Source: Octopus vulgaris
Taxonomy: Eukaryota
Length of the DNA: 64,000 bases
Assembly: GCA_951406725.2 (NCBI GenBank)
Contig: OX597823.1
Coordinates: forward strand, 73,656,001 to 73,720,000
Direction: 5' to 3'
Part shown: positions 1 to 11,452 of the stretch, in pieces
Position numbering within the stretch: position 1 is the first letter of the stretch
Layout of the letters: every line of letters starts with the position of its first letter
Program-made: the position numbers and the translations under genes
Notes under the pieces: model-generated
Databases searched by the model: none
What the model saw: only the letters and a program-made list of their open reading frames with translations
What the model was told of the DNA's origin: nothing

Positions 1-609
1 GCGAATTTGGCCAATAAACAAAACACACACATTGTATATGTGCATATGTGTGATTGATATTATATATGCCAGGTTCAATGAATTAACACATAGGTGGTTG
101 AGTGTAAAACACTGTACTCTGAGTGTACAACATTAAGGGTACAACACTGACATATTGTACCCTTGATGTAATTCTACAGCAGAGTCAGCATTACATAGTG
201 TGATTTGGCTGGGCCTTTTATTTATTGACACAATCATAGCCTTTTGAAGAAAACAGCCTCTTTTTCACTTTGGTCTTATGCTTAATTATTTGTAACTTCT
301 TTAATAAATGATATACAAAAAAAAAAAACCCACATCAGCTGAGCTATAGCCTTTAGACCCAAACTTTATCAGGTTAAAGTGCAAAAAAGTGGCCTGATGT
401 ATCAAATTGGCCATGTGTCTTGTGAGCTTTCAGCTAATATAAAAATGATATGATTAGTCTATTACAAATAGAGTTGTCAGAGTTGGTGATAACGTTGAGG
501 TGTAGAAAGTTATGTACCAGCTGCACAGGTCTTATTGTAAATGGTTTTGTGTCCTACAGAGAGTGTATGGGGTGTCAATAAATGTTACTGTTTTCTATGT
601 TGTGCAGTG

Positions 610-735
610 CGAACGTGGTTGTATGGTTATGAAGTTTGCTTCCCACAAGGCTTTAGGTTCAGTCCCATATCATGTAACACCCTGGGCCGTCTTAAGCCTT
701 ATGAGTGAACTTGGTAGACTGAAACTGAAAGCCTG
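610..735 (+). mobile_element. Degraded 5' part of SINE family 2
   Basis: gtggttgtatggttatgaagtttgcttcccac...ggttcagtcccat...gtagactgaaactgaaag aligns by eye with the copy at 2045-2443. Confidence 0.65.
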
Positions 736-800
736 ATGTTGGTGTTGGAGAATATCAGAATAATAAAGAAAGCCCAAGATGAAGACGAATGGCAAATATT

Positions 801-1030
801 TATTTCTTTATGGCCCACAAGGGGCTAAATATAGAGGGGACAAACAAGGACAGACAAAGGGATTAAGTCGACAGCACTGATCCCAGTGCGTAACTGGTAC
901 TTAATTTATCAACTTCAAAATGACGAAAGGCAAAGTCAACCATGGCGGAATTTGAACTCAGAATGTAACGGCAGACGAAATACCGCTAAGCACTTTGCCC
1001 GAAATGCTAACGATTCTACCAGCTCGCCAC
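801..1030 (-). mobile_element. tRNA-derived SINE family 1
   Basis: Reverse complement reads ggcgagctggtagaatcgttagc (A-box-like) ... gagttcaaattcc (B-box-like) ... aagtaccagt; same head as copies at 1271, 1751, 6270 and 9040. Confidence 0.85.
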
Positions 1031-1270
1031 ACTATGGAGTGCTAAAAAAATGTTTCAAGTGTTTCAACAACAGAAATGCCAAGGGAATGACTTGACTTGA
1101 CTTGATCTGCCAATCATTCTATAACAATAAGGATAAAATTTACTTATATGTGGCTTGGCAAAATCATTAGAGCATTGGGAAAAAGGTGTGTAGTATTTCT
1201 TTCAGCTCTTTATGTTCTGGGTTTTCGTTTGATCGAGACCATTATTATTATTATTATTATCATCTTTATT

Positions 1271-1485
1271 AAGGCAGTGAGCTGGCAGAATCGTTAGCAC
1301 ACCAGGTGAAATGCTTAGTGGCATTTCATCTGTCTTTACATTCAGAGTTCAAATTCTGCCAAGGTCAACTTTGCCTTTTATCTTTTCGGAGTCATTGAAA
1401 TAAGTACCAGTTGAGCACTTGGGTCATTGTAATCGACTAGCCCCATCCCCCAAAATTTCAGGCCTTGTGCCTATAGTAGAAAGGA
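1271..1485 (+). mobile_element. tRNA-derived SINE family 1
   Basis: aaggcagtgagctggcagaatcgttagc...gagttcaaattctgcc...aagtaccagt...gtagaaagg, flanked by (att)n. Confidence 0.85.
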
Positions 1486-1502
1486 TCATTATTATCATTA
1501 TG

Positions 1503-1716
1503 ATGCTAGCAAGCCAGCAGAATGATTAGCATATCAGATGAAAATGTTAAGCAGCATTTCTTCCAACTTTTTATGTTCACAGTTCAAATAACAAGGCCAA
1601 CTTTTCCTTTCATCATTTCAGGTCTGATAAGATAATGTGCCAGTCAAGTACTGGAGTCAATGTAATACTAACTGCTTTCTCCTAAAAATTGCTGGCCTTG
1701 TGCCAAAATTTGAAAT
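1503..1716 (+). mobile_element. Older SINE family 1 copy
   Basis: Diverged but collinear with 1271-1485 (agcagaatgattagc, agttcaaata, ggccttgtgccaaaatt). Confidence 0.7.
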
Positions 1717-1750
1717 TAGATAATAATGATTGATATTACTAAATACCTTC

Positions 1751-1965
1751 AAGGCGGTGAGCTAGCAGAATCATTAGCACGCCAGGCAAAATGCTTACCG
1801 TCATTTTATCTGTCTTTACATTCTAAGTTCAAATTCTGCCAAGGTTGACTTTGCCCTTCAACTTTTCGAGGTCAGTAAAATAAGTACCAGTTGAGTACTG
1901 GGGTTCATGTAATCAACTATCCTACTTCCCCAAAATTTCAGGCCTTGTATCTATAGTAGAAAGGC
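1751..1965 (+). mobile_element. tRNA-derived SINE family 1
   Basis: aaggcggtgagctagcagaatcattagc...aagttcaaattctgcc...; close match to 1271-1485. Confidence 0.85.
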
Positions 1966-2044
1966 TATTACTAAATACTTTCCTGTATTTTAACCCTCAA
2001 ATTCTATGAAATTTACTTTTCATACAATCAGTGTTAATAAAGAG

Positions 2045-2443
2045 GGGCAGGAGCGGCTGTGTGGTTAGTAGCTTGCTTACCAACCACATGGTTCTGGGTT
2101 CAGTCCCACTGCGTGAAACCTTGGGCAAGTGTCTTCTACTATACCCTTGGGCCGACCAAAGCCTTGTGAGTGGATTTGATAGATGGAAACTGAAAGAAGC
2201 TCGTCGTATATATGTATATATATATATATGTGTGTGTTTGTATATCTGTTTATTCCCCCAACATTGCTTGACAACTGATGCTGGTGTGTTTATGTCCCCG
2301 TAACTTAGCGGTTCAGCTAAAGAGACCGATAAAATAAGTACTAGGCTTACAAGGAATAAGTCCTGGGGTCGATTTGCTTGATGAAAGGTGGTGCTCCAGC
2401 ATAGCCACAGTCAAATTACTGAAACAAGTAAAAGAGTAAAAGA
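2045..2443 (+). mobile_element. Full-length SINE family 2 (tRNA head, CORE-like accttgggcaagtg segment, internal TA/TG microsatellite, LINE-related 3' tail)
   Basis: ggctgtgtggttag (A box), ggttcagtccc (B box); 3' end ggtggtgctccagcatagccacagtcaaattactgaaac followed by (gtaaaaga)2. Confidence 0.85.
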
Positions 2444-2489
2444 TATGTGGTACTAGCCATTCACTAGTCCTGCAATTTTTTATCAAGCT

Positions 2490-2595
2490 ACTTTATCAAA
2501 ATCTCAAAGCTACAAGATAATGCATGATTAAATTGAAACAAAATGAATAAATAAATATTACTTTTGACAGAACAATATGAATGCTAAAGGGTTTA
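2490..2595. mobile_element. Possible terminal fragment of a TTAA/CCC-ended MITE
   Basis: Ends in atgctaaagggttta, resembling the aaaagggttaa end of the MITE at 9583-9701; no partner end seen. Confidence 0.3.
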
Positions 2596-2694
2596 TCTCT
2601 TCTGGCAAAAGTTCTCTTCTTTCCATACCAGGTGACACTATTTTCCTCCCTCTCTATATACACACACATAAATACATATATATATACATATATG

Positions 2695-2852
2695 CAACAG
2701 GTTTCTTTCAGTTTCCCTCAACCAAATCCACTCACAAGGCTTTGGTTGGCCCGAGGATATAGTAGAAGACACTTGCCCAAGGTACCGTGCAGCAGGACTG
2801 AACCCAGAACCATGTGGTTGGTAAGCAAGCTACTTGCCACATACCACATGCC
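2695..2852 (-). mobile_element. SINE family 2, 5' half
   Basis: Reverse complement of 2045-2205 (ccactcacaaggctttgg, cttgcccaaggt, gactgaacccagaacc). Confidence 0.85.
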
Positions 2853-3600
2853 TCCTTTTCTATTTAGTGCAGTATATTCTGCTAACATCACTTTGAGGTC
2901 TCTTACTTCATACAGGTCCATTACTTTTCTAATTTTCTTGACTAAACTAACCTCCTTCAATATATCTCAAAAGTGACGTGACCCACGTTTTAATGGCTGT
3001 GTACTGATCTTTATTTTCTAGCCTAGATCTGAACTCTAATTTTTAACCTTCTTAACTTCTAATTTTAACCTTTGTACTGAAATATATATCATTTATCTAT
3101 CTAATTCTTCTATATTTACATCCTACATGTATCTACTTGATTTGTGGTTTCCTTCTCCTATAAGTGCATCCATTACTTCCCACCACCTTTCTTCTTTCCT
3201 TTATTAAAATCTTGACACTTCTTCATCTCATATCCATTTGAACATCTTTGCTTAATCCAGATACTGCTCGCAGTAAAGAGTCTGTTTGATCTTTCCTTGT
3301 GAATAGTTTCGTGTCATCCATAAAGAGGTGATTTCCTTCTTAATAATATAATAGTATTGCTAAAGCTATTATTACATATCATAAAAATCAAATAGCACAA
3401 GCTATCCACCCTGGAAGATTCCGTTCCTGATATTGATACTTCCTACTTCTTCACCAGTTAGCAATTGTTTCCCATTTACACACACACTTTACAAAGAACT
3501 TTCTTATATCCTCCGCTATATCTACTATCTCTGAACTTTCTCTGACTCAGCAATGATGAATCATGATGTAGGTATTTTCATAATCAATACTATCAATCAA
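2853..3600 (-). pseudogene. Highly decayed non-LTR RT fragment, Dong/R4-clade-like
   Basis: Manual minus-strand translation across frames gives, in order, IDYENTYIMIHH (cf. IDYKKAYDMVPH), INIRNGIFQG, NHLFMDDTKLF, AIKTWVTSLLRY, KKIRKVMDLY and SDVSRIY. Confidence 0.7.
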
Positions 3601-3669
3601 TAATTGGTGCTTAATAACTCTACACACCCTTCAGCTTTATTTCTTCTCAAGAAGCATTATATATATATA

Positions 3670-4487
3670 ACTCATTCTCTTTATATCGTTACATACATTT
3701 AACTTATACACTGGCTGTCTATTCATCTATATACATACATACATACATACATACATATAACCCTTTCACACTTATTCGTTCATTCCGCTCTTCGTTCTTT
3801 CGTTCCCCCTCTCTCACATTTCTTTGCCTTCTCTTCTTACTCACTTTCCCTCCACCTTTCACTTCACTGTGTCCCTGTCATTTTTTTCTCGCCCCTCCTT
3901 AATTCTTCTGTCCCTCTACTTCTACTTCTCTCTCTTCTCTTCCCCCTCCTTAATTCTTTTGTTCCTTTGCTTCTACTTGTCTTTCTTCTCTTCCCAGACT
4001 GCTCGCTCTTTCTTTCTGGGTCTGACCATGGTCCATGCAACATCGATATTCTTCCCTGTGTTTGTGAAATATTTGTATCTCTGCTGTAAGGCTTCATTTC
4101 CACACACACCAGCTTAATTCAATTTGTCCTTAGTCGAAAGACACCTGTTGTTATATCCTGTTATTATTTATATTGTATTTTTTTTATTGTATTTATATTT
4201 GTGTAACATTACCTGTTTTTTCTGTCCTTGATTTTGTATACATTCAATGCTTTCTTCCAAGGAATCTAATGCTCTTAGCTTAGTTTTTCCTTGGGGCTGG
4301 CCAGATTGGAGCAGTCTCAAGAATAATCAGCCAAAATGCGAGGATGATCTGGTTCTTGACTGAAGATAGAAAACTTCGAATGACCTGTCCTTGTTTTCTT
4401 TGTATCGTCTATCTGGATGTTTTGTTGTCCCTTTTTGTATCACCTAGTTGTCCGGATGTTTTGAGTTCTTGTCCCATTTTGTATTTT
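3670..4487. repeat. Unclassified TA-flanked interspersed repeat with pyrimidine-rich internal repeats
   Basis: 4321-4410 is homologous to the reverse complement of 15530-15615; internal repeat ccctccttaattct at about 3893 and 3944. Confidence 0.5.
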
Positions 4488-4627
4488 ATATATAAATATA
4501 TATATATACATGCATATATTTAACTTTTATATAGACTGGCTCGTTTACATAATCATATGCCTTGGTTGTCATGTATACATTATACTATTGTACATCATGG
4601 TTCTCTTTTATCTATGCATACATTAAT

Positions 4628-4931
4628 GGCACTCCGTCAGTTATGACGAGTGTTCCAGTTGATCCAGCCAATGGGGCAGCCTGCTTCTGAAATTAATGTG
4701 CACATGTCCAAGCACTCCACCAACACATGTACCCTCATTGTAGTTCTCAGGGACATTCAGTGTGACACAGAATGTGACAAGGCTGGCCTTTTGAAGTAAA
4801 GTACTACTCAGTTTTGCCAGCTGAATGGACTGAAGCAATGTGAAATAAAGTGTCCTGCTCAAGGTCACAACACACCACTGGGAATCAAACTCATGACCTT
4901 ACAATCATGAGCCAAATATTCTAACCACTAA
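4628..4931 (-). mobile_element. tRNA-derived SINE family 3
   Basis: Reverse complement: tagtggttag (A box), gagtttgattcc (B box), then gtgaccttgagcaggacact, a conserved-domain-type SINE core. Confidence 0.7.
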
Positions 4932-5202
4932 CTGTTATATATCCTAGCTGTTTTTATATTCATATTTAAATATATATTCTTTTTACTACAATGATCACAG
5001 TACTGTCCTTGGTATGAGGAACATGTTGAGGAGGATGCTTGAGTTTGAGGTAAATGGACAGCGAAAGCAAGGTAGATTGAGGAAAACGTGGAGGAGACAG
5101 GTGTAAGAGGGGATTGGGAGGGTTGGCTTGAGAAGGAAGGGCACCCAAAACCAGGTGAGATGGTGTGAGGGCATTTGCTATGGCATTGAGGTAGATCCGG
5201 CT

Positions 5203-5291
5203 ACAATGGGATTCCATACTTGATCTCATGGAAAATCCTTAAGAACCAAGGCCCCTACATCAATGGGACAAGTGCTGCAGGTTATGCATTA
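5203..5291 (+). mobile_element. Short Penelope-like GIY-YIG fragment in the opposite orientation
   Basis: Reverse-complement homolog of about 5725-5815 (NGIPYLISWKILKNQGPYINGT). Confidence 0.75.
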
Positions 5292-5420
5292 ACAGGGACA
5301 AAATCTGATTTAAAACACTGGATGATGATGATATATATCGTCTGTAAAAAAACATAAATCCGAAAGAAGAAGCACACTCTAAGATGTTGAGCTGTATATA
5401 TTAAAAATGGGGAAAGCCGG

Positions 5421-5490
5421 TTTATAGGATTATCTTAGGTTTCCTATCCAGAAAGGGTTTAGCTTTATGGCGTATCATCAGATCCCAAAA
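5421..5490 (-). ncRNA. Type I hammerhead ribozyme motif (sense to the GIY-YIG ORF)
   Basis: Reverse complement: ttttgggat CTGATGA tacgccat...tggatag GAAA cctaag ATA atcctataa; stems partly degenerate. Confidence 0.6.
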
Positions 5491-6122
5491 CCTGTTAGAC
5501 CAAGACCTCTTCAAAAATATGGAGAAGGAAATGCCTCACTACTCAAAGGTAACAATTGGGGGTTATCTCCCTTGGCTATCGACTTCCAGCTATGCCACCA
5601 TCTTGTGGGCTCCAAAAAACTAGCAAGAACCTCCTGAAATGTAAACATGGCCCGAAAATCTCCATTCTGGAGTTACAGATGTTCCCTGGTTCAAGTGACT
5701 CCTTTAGGATTCTCGCCCATTCAGCTATGCATAATCTGCAGCACTTTGTCCCATTGATGTAGGGGCCTGGGTTCTTGAGGATTTTCCTTGAGATTAAGTA
5801 CGGAATCCCATTGTCTCTTAGTTGCCAGACACAGTTGGCCAGTGATGTTACATATCTCCTTTCTGGAACTCTGAAGGCGGACCTGTGGTTAAAGAGACAT
5901 TGCTTGAAAGAGTTCCTGGAACATCCAATGTATCTCCGTGGGCCTGTATCTGCTGGAGGTGGTGATGATGGCGTCGGTAATGGTATCGCCACTGCCGGTT
6001 ATAGTGAAGGCTCTGTTGTTGTTGATGAGGACCAATAGCAAAGGGAGATAATCCCCAGTTTTTACCACTGAGTAGTGAGGAATTTCCTCCTCCATATTTT
6101 GAAGAGGTCTTGGGCCAACAGG

Positions 6123-6192
6123 TTTTGGGATCTGATGACACGCCATAAAGCTAAACCCTTAATGGATAGGAAACCTAAGGTAATCCCATAAA
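6123..6192 (+). ncRNA. Type I hammerhead ribozyme motif
   Basis: gggat CTGATGA(6132-6138) ...ccat..atgg.. GAAA(6170-6173) cc taa g GTA atccc; stem I gggat/atccc, short stem III, GUA cleavage triplet. Confidence 0.7.
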
Positions 6193-6269
6193 CTAGCGTT
6201 CCCCATTTTTAGTATACATATACACACACACACAAACACATGCACACACACACATGCACGTATATATAT

Positions 6270-6488
6270 ATTTCTTTATTGTCCACAGGAGGCTAAACAT
6301 AGAGGGAACAAACAAAGGGATTAAGTCAATTACATCGACCCTAGTGCGTAACTGGTACTTATTTAATCGATCCCGAAAGGATGAAAGCAAAGTCGACCTC
6401 AGCAGAATTTGAACTCAGGACATAATGGCAGACAAAATACCACTAAGCATTTCGCCTGGCGTGCTAATGACTCTGCCAGCTCACCACC
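6270..6488 (-). mobile_element. tRNA-derived SINE family 1
   Basis: Collinear with 801-1030. Confidence 0.85.
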
Positions 6489-6737
6489 CTATACACACAC
6501 ACAGTGAGAGAGAGACACTTAACTATCGTACTTATCAAAAACGTCCTTTATTGATAGATATATTATCAGTCTCAAATTGTCAGCTTTTGTCTCTGAGTGC
6601 TTTGAACAACTCTTGTGATAAATATAGAATATCATCTAATTTTGTTATTTCCCTAAGGCAAGAATTTTCTTTGTTTTAATCAACAGACTTCTACTTCATG
6701 ATTAACAGGGGATTTTCACTTGAGTATTTCCCTTTCA

Positions 6738-7121
6738 TCTTCTACTTGTTTCAGCCATTAGACTGCGGCCATGCTGGGGCACCACCTTAAAGAATTTTAG
6801 TCAAATGAACCAACCACATTTTTTTTTTATAAAGCCTTGCACTTATTTTACTGGTCTCTTTTGCTGAACTGCTAAGTTACAGGAATGTAGATACACCAAT
6901 ACCAGCTGTCAAGCGGTGGTGGTAGTGGGGGGCAAATACAGACACAAAGACATGCACACAGATGGGCTTCTTTCAGTTTCCATCTACCAAATTCACTCAA
7001 GGTTTTGGTCAATCTGTGGCTATAGTAAAAGACAGTTGCCCAAATTGCTATGCAGTGGGACTGAACCCAGAACCATGTAGTTGGGAAGCAAACATCTTAC
7101 AACACAGCCATACCTGTGCCT
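6738..7121 (-). mobile_element. SINE family 2, full length
   Basis: Tail cttgtttcagccattagactgcggccatgctggggcaccacc through head gggactgaacccagaacc...acacagcc. Confidence 0.8.
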
Positions 7122-7211
7122 AAAATGTAATCAATGAGGATTAACTGTAGCTTTCTTTTATCATTTCTATTATTTCCAAGAATTGGTTGTTAACAGATGT
7201 TTACAATTTAC

Positions 7212-7405
7212 TCTTCTTTCTTTTACTTGTTTCAGTCATTTGACTGTGGCCATACTGGAGCACTGCCTTTAGTCAAGCAAATCAACCCCAGGACTTATTC
7301 TTTGGAAGCCTAGTACTTATTCTATCAGTCTCTTTTGCTGAACTGCTAAGTTACTGGGACGTAAACACACCAGCATCGGTTGTCAAGCGATGTTGGGGGG
7401 ACAAA
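7212..7405 (-). mobile_element. SINE family 2, 3' half (5' half at 8768-8912)
   Basis: Reverse complement of 2240-2440. Confidence 0.8.
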
Positions 7406-7486
7406 CATATATACACACACACACATACATACATACATACATATATATATATATATACACACATATATATATATATATACACATAC

Positions 7487-8680
7487 AAAGCCTTCCTTTG
7501 ATATTGCTGCACCTCTTATGTGTCCATAGCTTACACTGGGTACATCTTATAGAGTTTCTACTTATACCTTTTCTACAGATTGAGCAGGGCCATCTACCTG
7601 AAGGGATTTGTGGTTTATCTGTTAATTCTTCACTGTACTCATTGCCATCCCTCACCTTACTGACAGCGTCCCTGTACATGGCTTGCACAACTCTCACTAA
7701 CCATTCATCTATCCCTAGTTTCCTCATTGATCACCAGATGAGGGATCGGGGGACCCTGTCAAAGGCTTTCTCCATGTCAACGAAAGCCAGGTGCGGAGGT
7801 TTTTCTTTGGCTAGGTATTTCTCCTGCAGTTGTCTTACCAGAAATATAGCATCAGTGGTGCTTTTCCTTGGCATGAACCCAAACTGCATCTCATCTAAAC
7901 TGACTCTCTTCCTAATTAGTTGGGCTATGACCCTCTCCGTGACCTTCATTACCTGATCCAACAACTTGATATCTCTATAGTTATTCATATCTAAAGCATC
8001 ACCTTTACCTTTGTAGCAGTTGACTATGGTGCTGTGCTACACCAGTCATTGGGTATGACTCCTTCGTGTATCACCTGGTTAACTATATGGGTGTCTTGGC
8101 TATAGCCAACCCCGCCAGACATTTTGAGCATCTCTGTGGTGATTCCTGATGGGCCAGGGGGCTTTCCCTCTCTTCATATTCTTAATTGCTTTATCTACCA
8201 AGGTACTGTCAATTCAGATAGATGGTCCCTCTGTTGGGTTGACATTCAGCAGACTCTCTCCTGTTCATTCTCTTTATTGAGCAACCTTTTATAGTGGCAT
8301 CTCCAAACCTCTCTCTTTGCAGCCTTGTTTAGTGCAAATGAGCCATCATCCATGCGGACACATTTCTCTCCTACAACATCACAAAATCATTCATGTGAAC
8401 ACATTTCTTTCCTACGACATCACGATTCTCTCTCACACACATCTTCCAACACGAAATACCTCAAGTCTTTGGTACTCATGGCACAGAACATTGGCAAATT
8501 TTTTCTCATCTGCTTCCCCTCTGGCTAAATAAACCTGTCTCCTAGCTTCCCTTTTGGCAGTCTGATACAATTCCCTGCTACCTCCGTTCTTCCAGTCCTT
8601 CCAAGCCTGTTTCTTTTTTCCAATAGCCCTGTCAACAACATTGTTCCACCACCACGTTATTTTGGGTCGAGAGGGGAGGG
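7487..8680 (-). pseudogene. RTE-clade LINE fragment with internal deletion
   Basis: NYRDIKLL..MKVTERVI..MQFGFMP..STTDAIF.VRQLQEKYLAK..AFVDMEKAFDRVPR and Cys-rich WPCSICRKG..NSIRC..CKLWTHKRCS; the YADD-type catalytic segment is not visible. Confidence 0.9.
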
Positions 8681-8733
8681 GGAAAGAGACATATATTTAT
8701 ATATGTATGTATATATATATTTATATATGTATG

Positions 8734-8767
<34 letters not shown>

Positions 8768-8768
<1 letters not shown>

Positions 8769-8912
8769 GACCAGCTTCTTTCAGTTTCTGTGTACCAAAT
8801 CCACTCACAAGGCTTTGGTCGACCTGAATCTATTGTAGAAGACACACACTCATGGTGCCACACAGTGGGACTGAACTTGAAACCATGTGGTTGGGAAGCA
8901 AGCTTCTTTTCA
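8768..8912 (-). mobile_element. SINE family 2, 5' half
   Basis: cttctttcagtttc...ccactcacaaggctttgg...gggactgaac...gtggttgggaagcaagc. Confidence 0.8.
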
Positions 8913-9039
8913 CACTGAATTCAAATGTTGCCATGCTTGTCTTTGCCTTTTATTTATTCATTTATTTTATTTTTTTTTTTTTGCTGTCTTAATAAAATAA
9001 GTACCAACCAACTACTATGGTTGATGTAATCAAGTACAT

Positions 9040-9225
9040 ATTCTTCTCTACTCTTAGCACAAGGCCCGAAATTTTTGGGAAGAGTGCCAGTCAATTAGAT
9101 CGATCCCGAAAGGATGAAAAGCAAAGTCGACCTCGGCAGAATTTGAACTCAGATCGTAAAGACAGACGAAATACCGCTAAGCATTTCACCCGGCATGCTA
9201 ACATTTCTGCCAGCTCGCCGCCTTA
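9040..9225 (-). mobile_element. SINE family 1 inserted into an older plus-strand family 1 copy
   Basis: Head ctgccagctcgccgcctt; aatcaagtacata occurs on both sides (about 9028 and 9226), a likely target-site duplication. Confidence 0.8.
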
Positions 9226-9582
9226 AATCAAGTACATATTTCTCCAGAAATGTGTGACCTTGTGCCCCTGTTAGATATTTTAATAGCTTATTCCTGCCAT
9301 CCTCATTTTCACCATTTTCAAATGACTAATATTCTTTTTCTCTTACCACAGTGTTCTGGATTTGAGAAGACTGGATATGCAACATATTTGAACTGCACAA
9401 GACAATTTTCCAATGCGTATATCAGAAATATACAAAGCAACGACAAGATAACAGTAAGAACCTATAACTGAATGTTTCTTTTGAATTTCAAATTTTAGCT
9501 GTTCATTCATTTAACATCCATTTTTCCTTGCAAGTAATTGGTTGGGCAGGGACATATTTGACAAAGCATTTTATGGCCTTAA

Positions 9583-9701
9583 CCCTTTTGGTACCAAGTT
9601 ACAATTTTTGTTCCTAACACTCAATTATAACTAAGTTATTTTACTAAAAAATAATTCAAAGAAACACAGAGCATCTCAACAGAAATATGGTAACAAAAGG
9701 G
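9583..9701. mobile_element. piggyBac-type MITE
   Basis: TTAA|cccttttggtacca ... tggtaacaaaaggg|TTAA: 13/14-bp terminal inverted repeat with TTAA on both sides. Confidence 0.75.
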
Positions 9702-9978
9702 TTAATACCCTCCCTGTAACCAACCCATACCTGTTTTTCTGACATATTAAGCAAATGATCAAATAGTTAATTAGATATTTAAGTGATGACTAACAATAAG
9801 GAAGTGATATTAAACCAATCTATGTGTTGATTATTGTTGGTATAATGACCCTCACAAGACACGAGATTTTTTTCTATTCAGTTGCTTTTGGTGATATGCA
9901 AGGCGCTGGAATGTGATCTTACATACTTACAGACACATTAACACATACACACACAAGCAATCACATACATATACAAAC

Positions 9979-10312
9979 GTATATATGTATATATGTATAT
10001 GTTTGTGTATATATGTATATGTATATATATATGTATATGTATATATATATATGTATATATATGTATATGTATATATATATATATGTATATGTATATATAT
10101 GTATATGTATATATATATATATGTATATGTATATGTATATATATATATATATGTATATGTATATATATGTATATGTATATATATATATGTATGTGTATAT
10201 GTATATATGTATGTGTATATGTATATATGTATATGTATATATATATATGTATATTTATGTATATATATATATGTATATGTATATATATGTATATATATAT
10301 GTATATATATAT
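9979..10312. repeat. (TA)n/(TATATG)n microsatellite
   Basis: Direct inspection. Confidence 0.98.
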
Positions 10313-11421
10313 AATTTTGAAGGCACAGCTCTTGTCTCCTTAATTTGTCATGCAAAAGTGGTATACAGCCCTCTTTATAATATTTGTTCTTTGACATATT
10401 AGTATCTTTTCTCCGTGATATGATATCTAGCTGTAAACTATCATCAAACTATAATCATAGTATTATACAAAGCATAGAACCCTTTAAATATTTTAGCCAC
10501 ACACACACACACACATATATGTCTTTATATATATATTAATTGGATATATAGTCATATATATATATAGTACATCATATATCCCATTTTTAGGAAAGCCTAC
10601 TATATGTTTGTCTATGCTAAAGTTATTATAAATACACAACAGAATTTTTAACAAAGGTATATAATTTATACCTTTATATTCATTTATATAGTATTAAATT
10701 ATATATAGTATCAGTATATATATTTTTATATATTTATATTTACATTATATATTGGGTATTCTATATATATAACACACACATATATATATATATATTTTTA
10801 TATATTCGTCTGAGATTAGTTATATTATTTTATCTGGCTCAATTCCTACTCTTATTTACTATTTTATAAGAACATATGTCTATGTATTTATATTATTATG
10901 TATATATAAATATCTATATATATATAAATTACTGCTCCAACATGTAATTTTAGTCCTGATGTATGGACCCCTCATCTTTACTGTAGTGTTTATTACGCGA
11001 ATGATATGGATAAAACAGTTTGTATTCTAAATTCACATGTATGTATACTTAGTTTATTTCTATTACAGACATATTGATGTAATTAACAAATGTATATATA
11101 CCTTGTATTTAACTATTGAGAGAATTAACGAGATTTGGCATCATGACTATTTTTTTATATTTGCCGTTCAACAATTACATAACAATCCTTAAATGAATAT
11201 TATGCCGTACAACAAATTTCTATGATGTTGAATAGCCATTATAATAGTATACTGTGATCGCTCTTCACTAGGTACTGCTGCCACAGAGCAAAATATATTT
11301 CTGCATGTATTTCTTTCCGTTTATATAATTGAAACATATGTTAATGGCATCATGTTTTTATATTTATATATATATATAAATAATTGTATGCAATCAAATA
11401 TATTTACCAGTGTTACAATAT

Positions 11422-11452
<31 letters not shown>

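Larger units (their letters stand above)
5403..6211 (-). mobile_element. Penelope-like element remnant: C-terminal GIY-YIG endonuclease fragment between ~175-bp inverted repeats
   Basis: ORF 5576-5992(-) contains YIG..FKQ..NH..F..TSLA..W..CRLC..E..N.R.EI..CLH; 5403-5580 is the reverse complement of 6033-6211. Confidence 0.8.

Noticed and set aside
801-2110. tRNA genes
   Set aside because: A/B-box heads continue into SINE bodies; no complete cloverleaf seen
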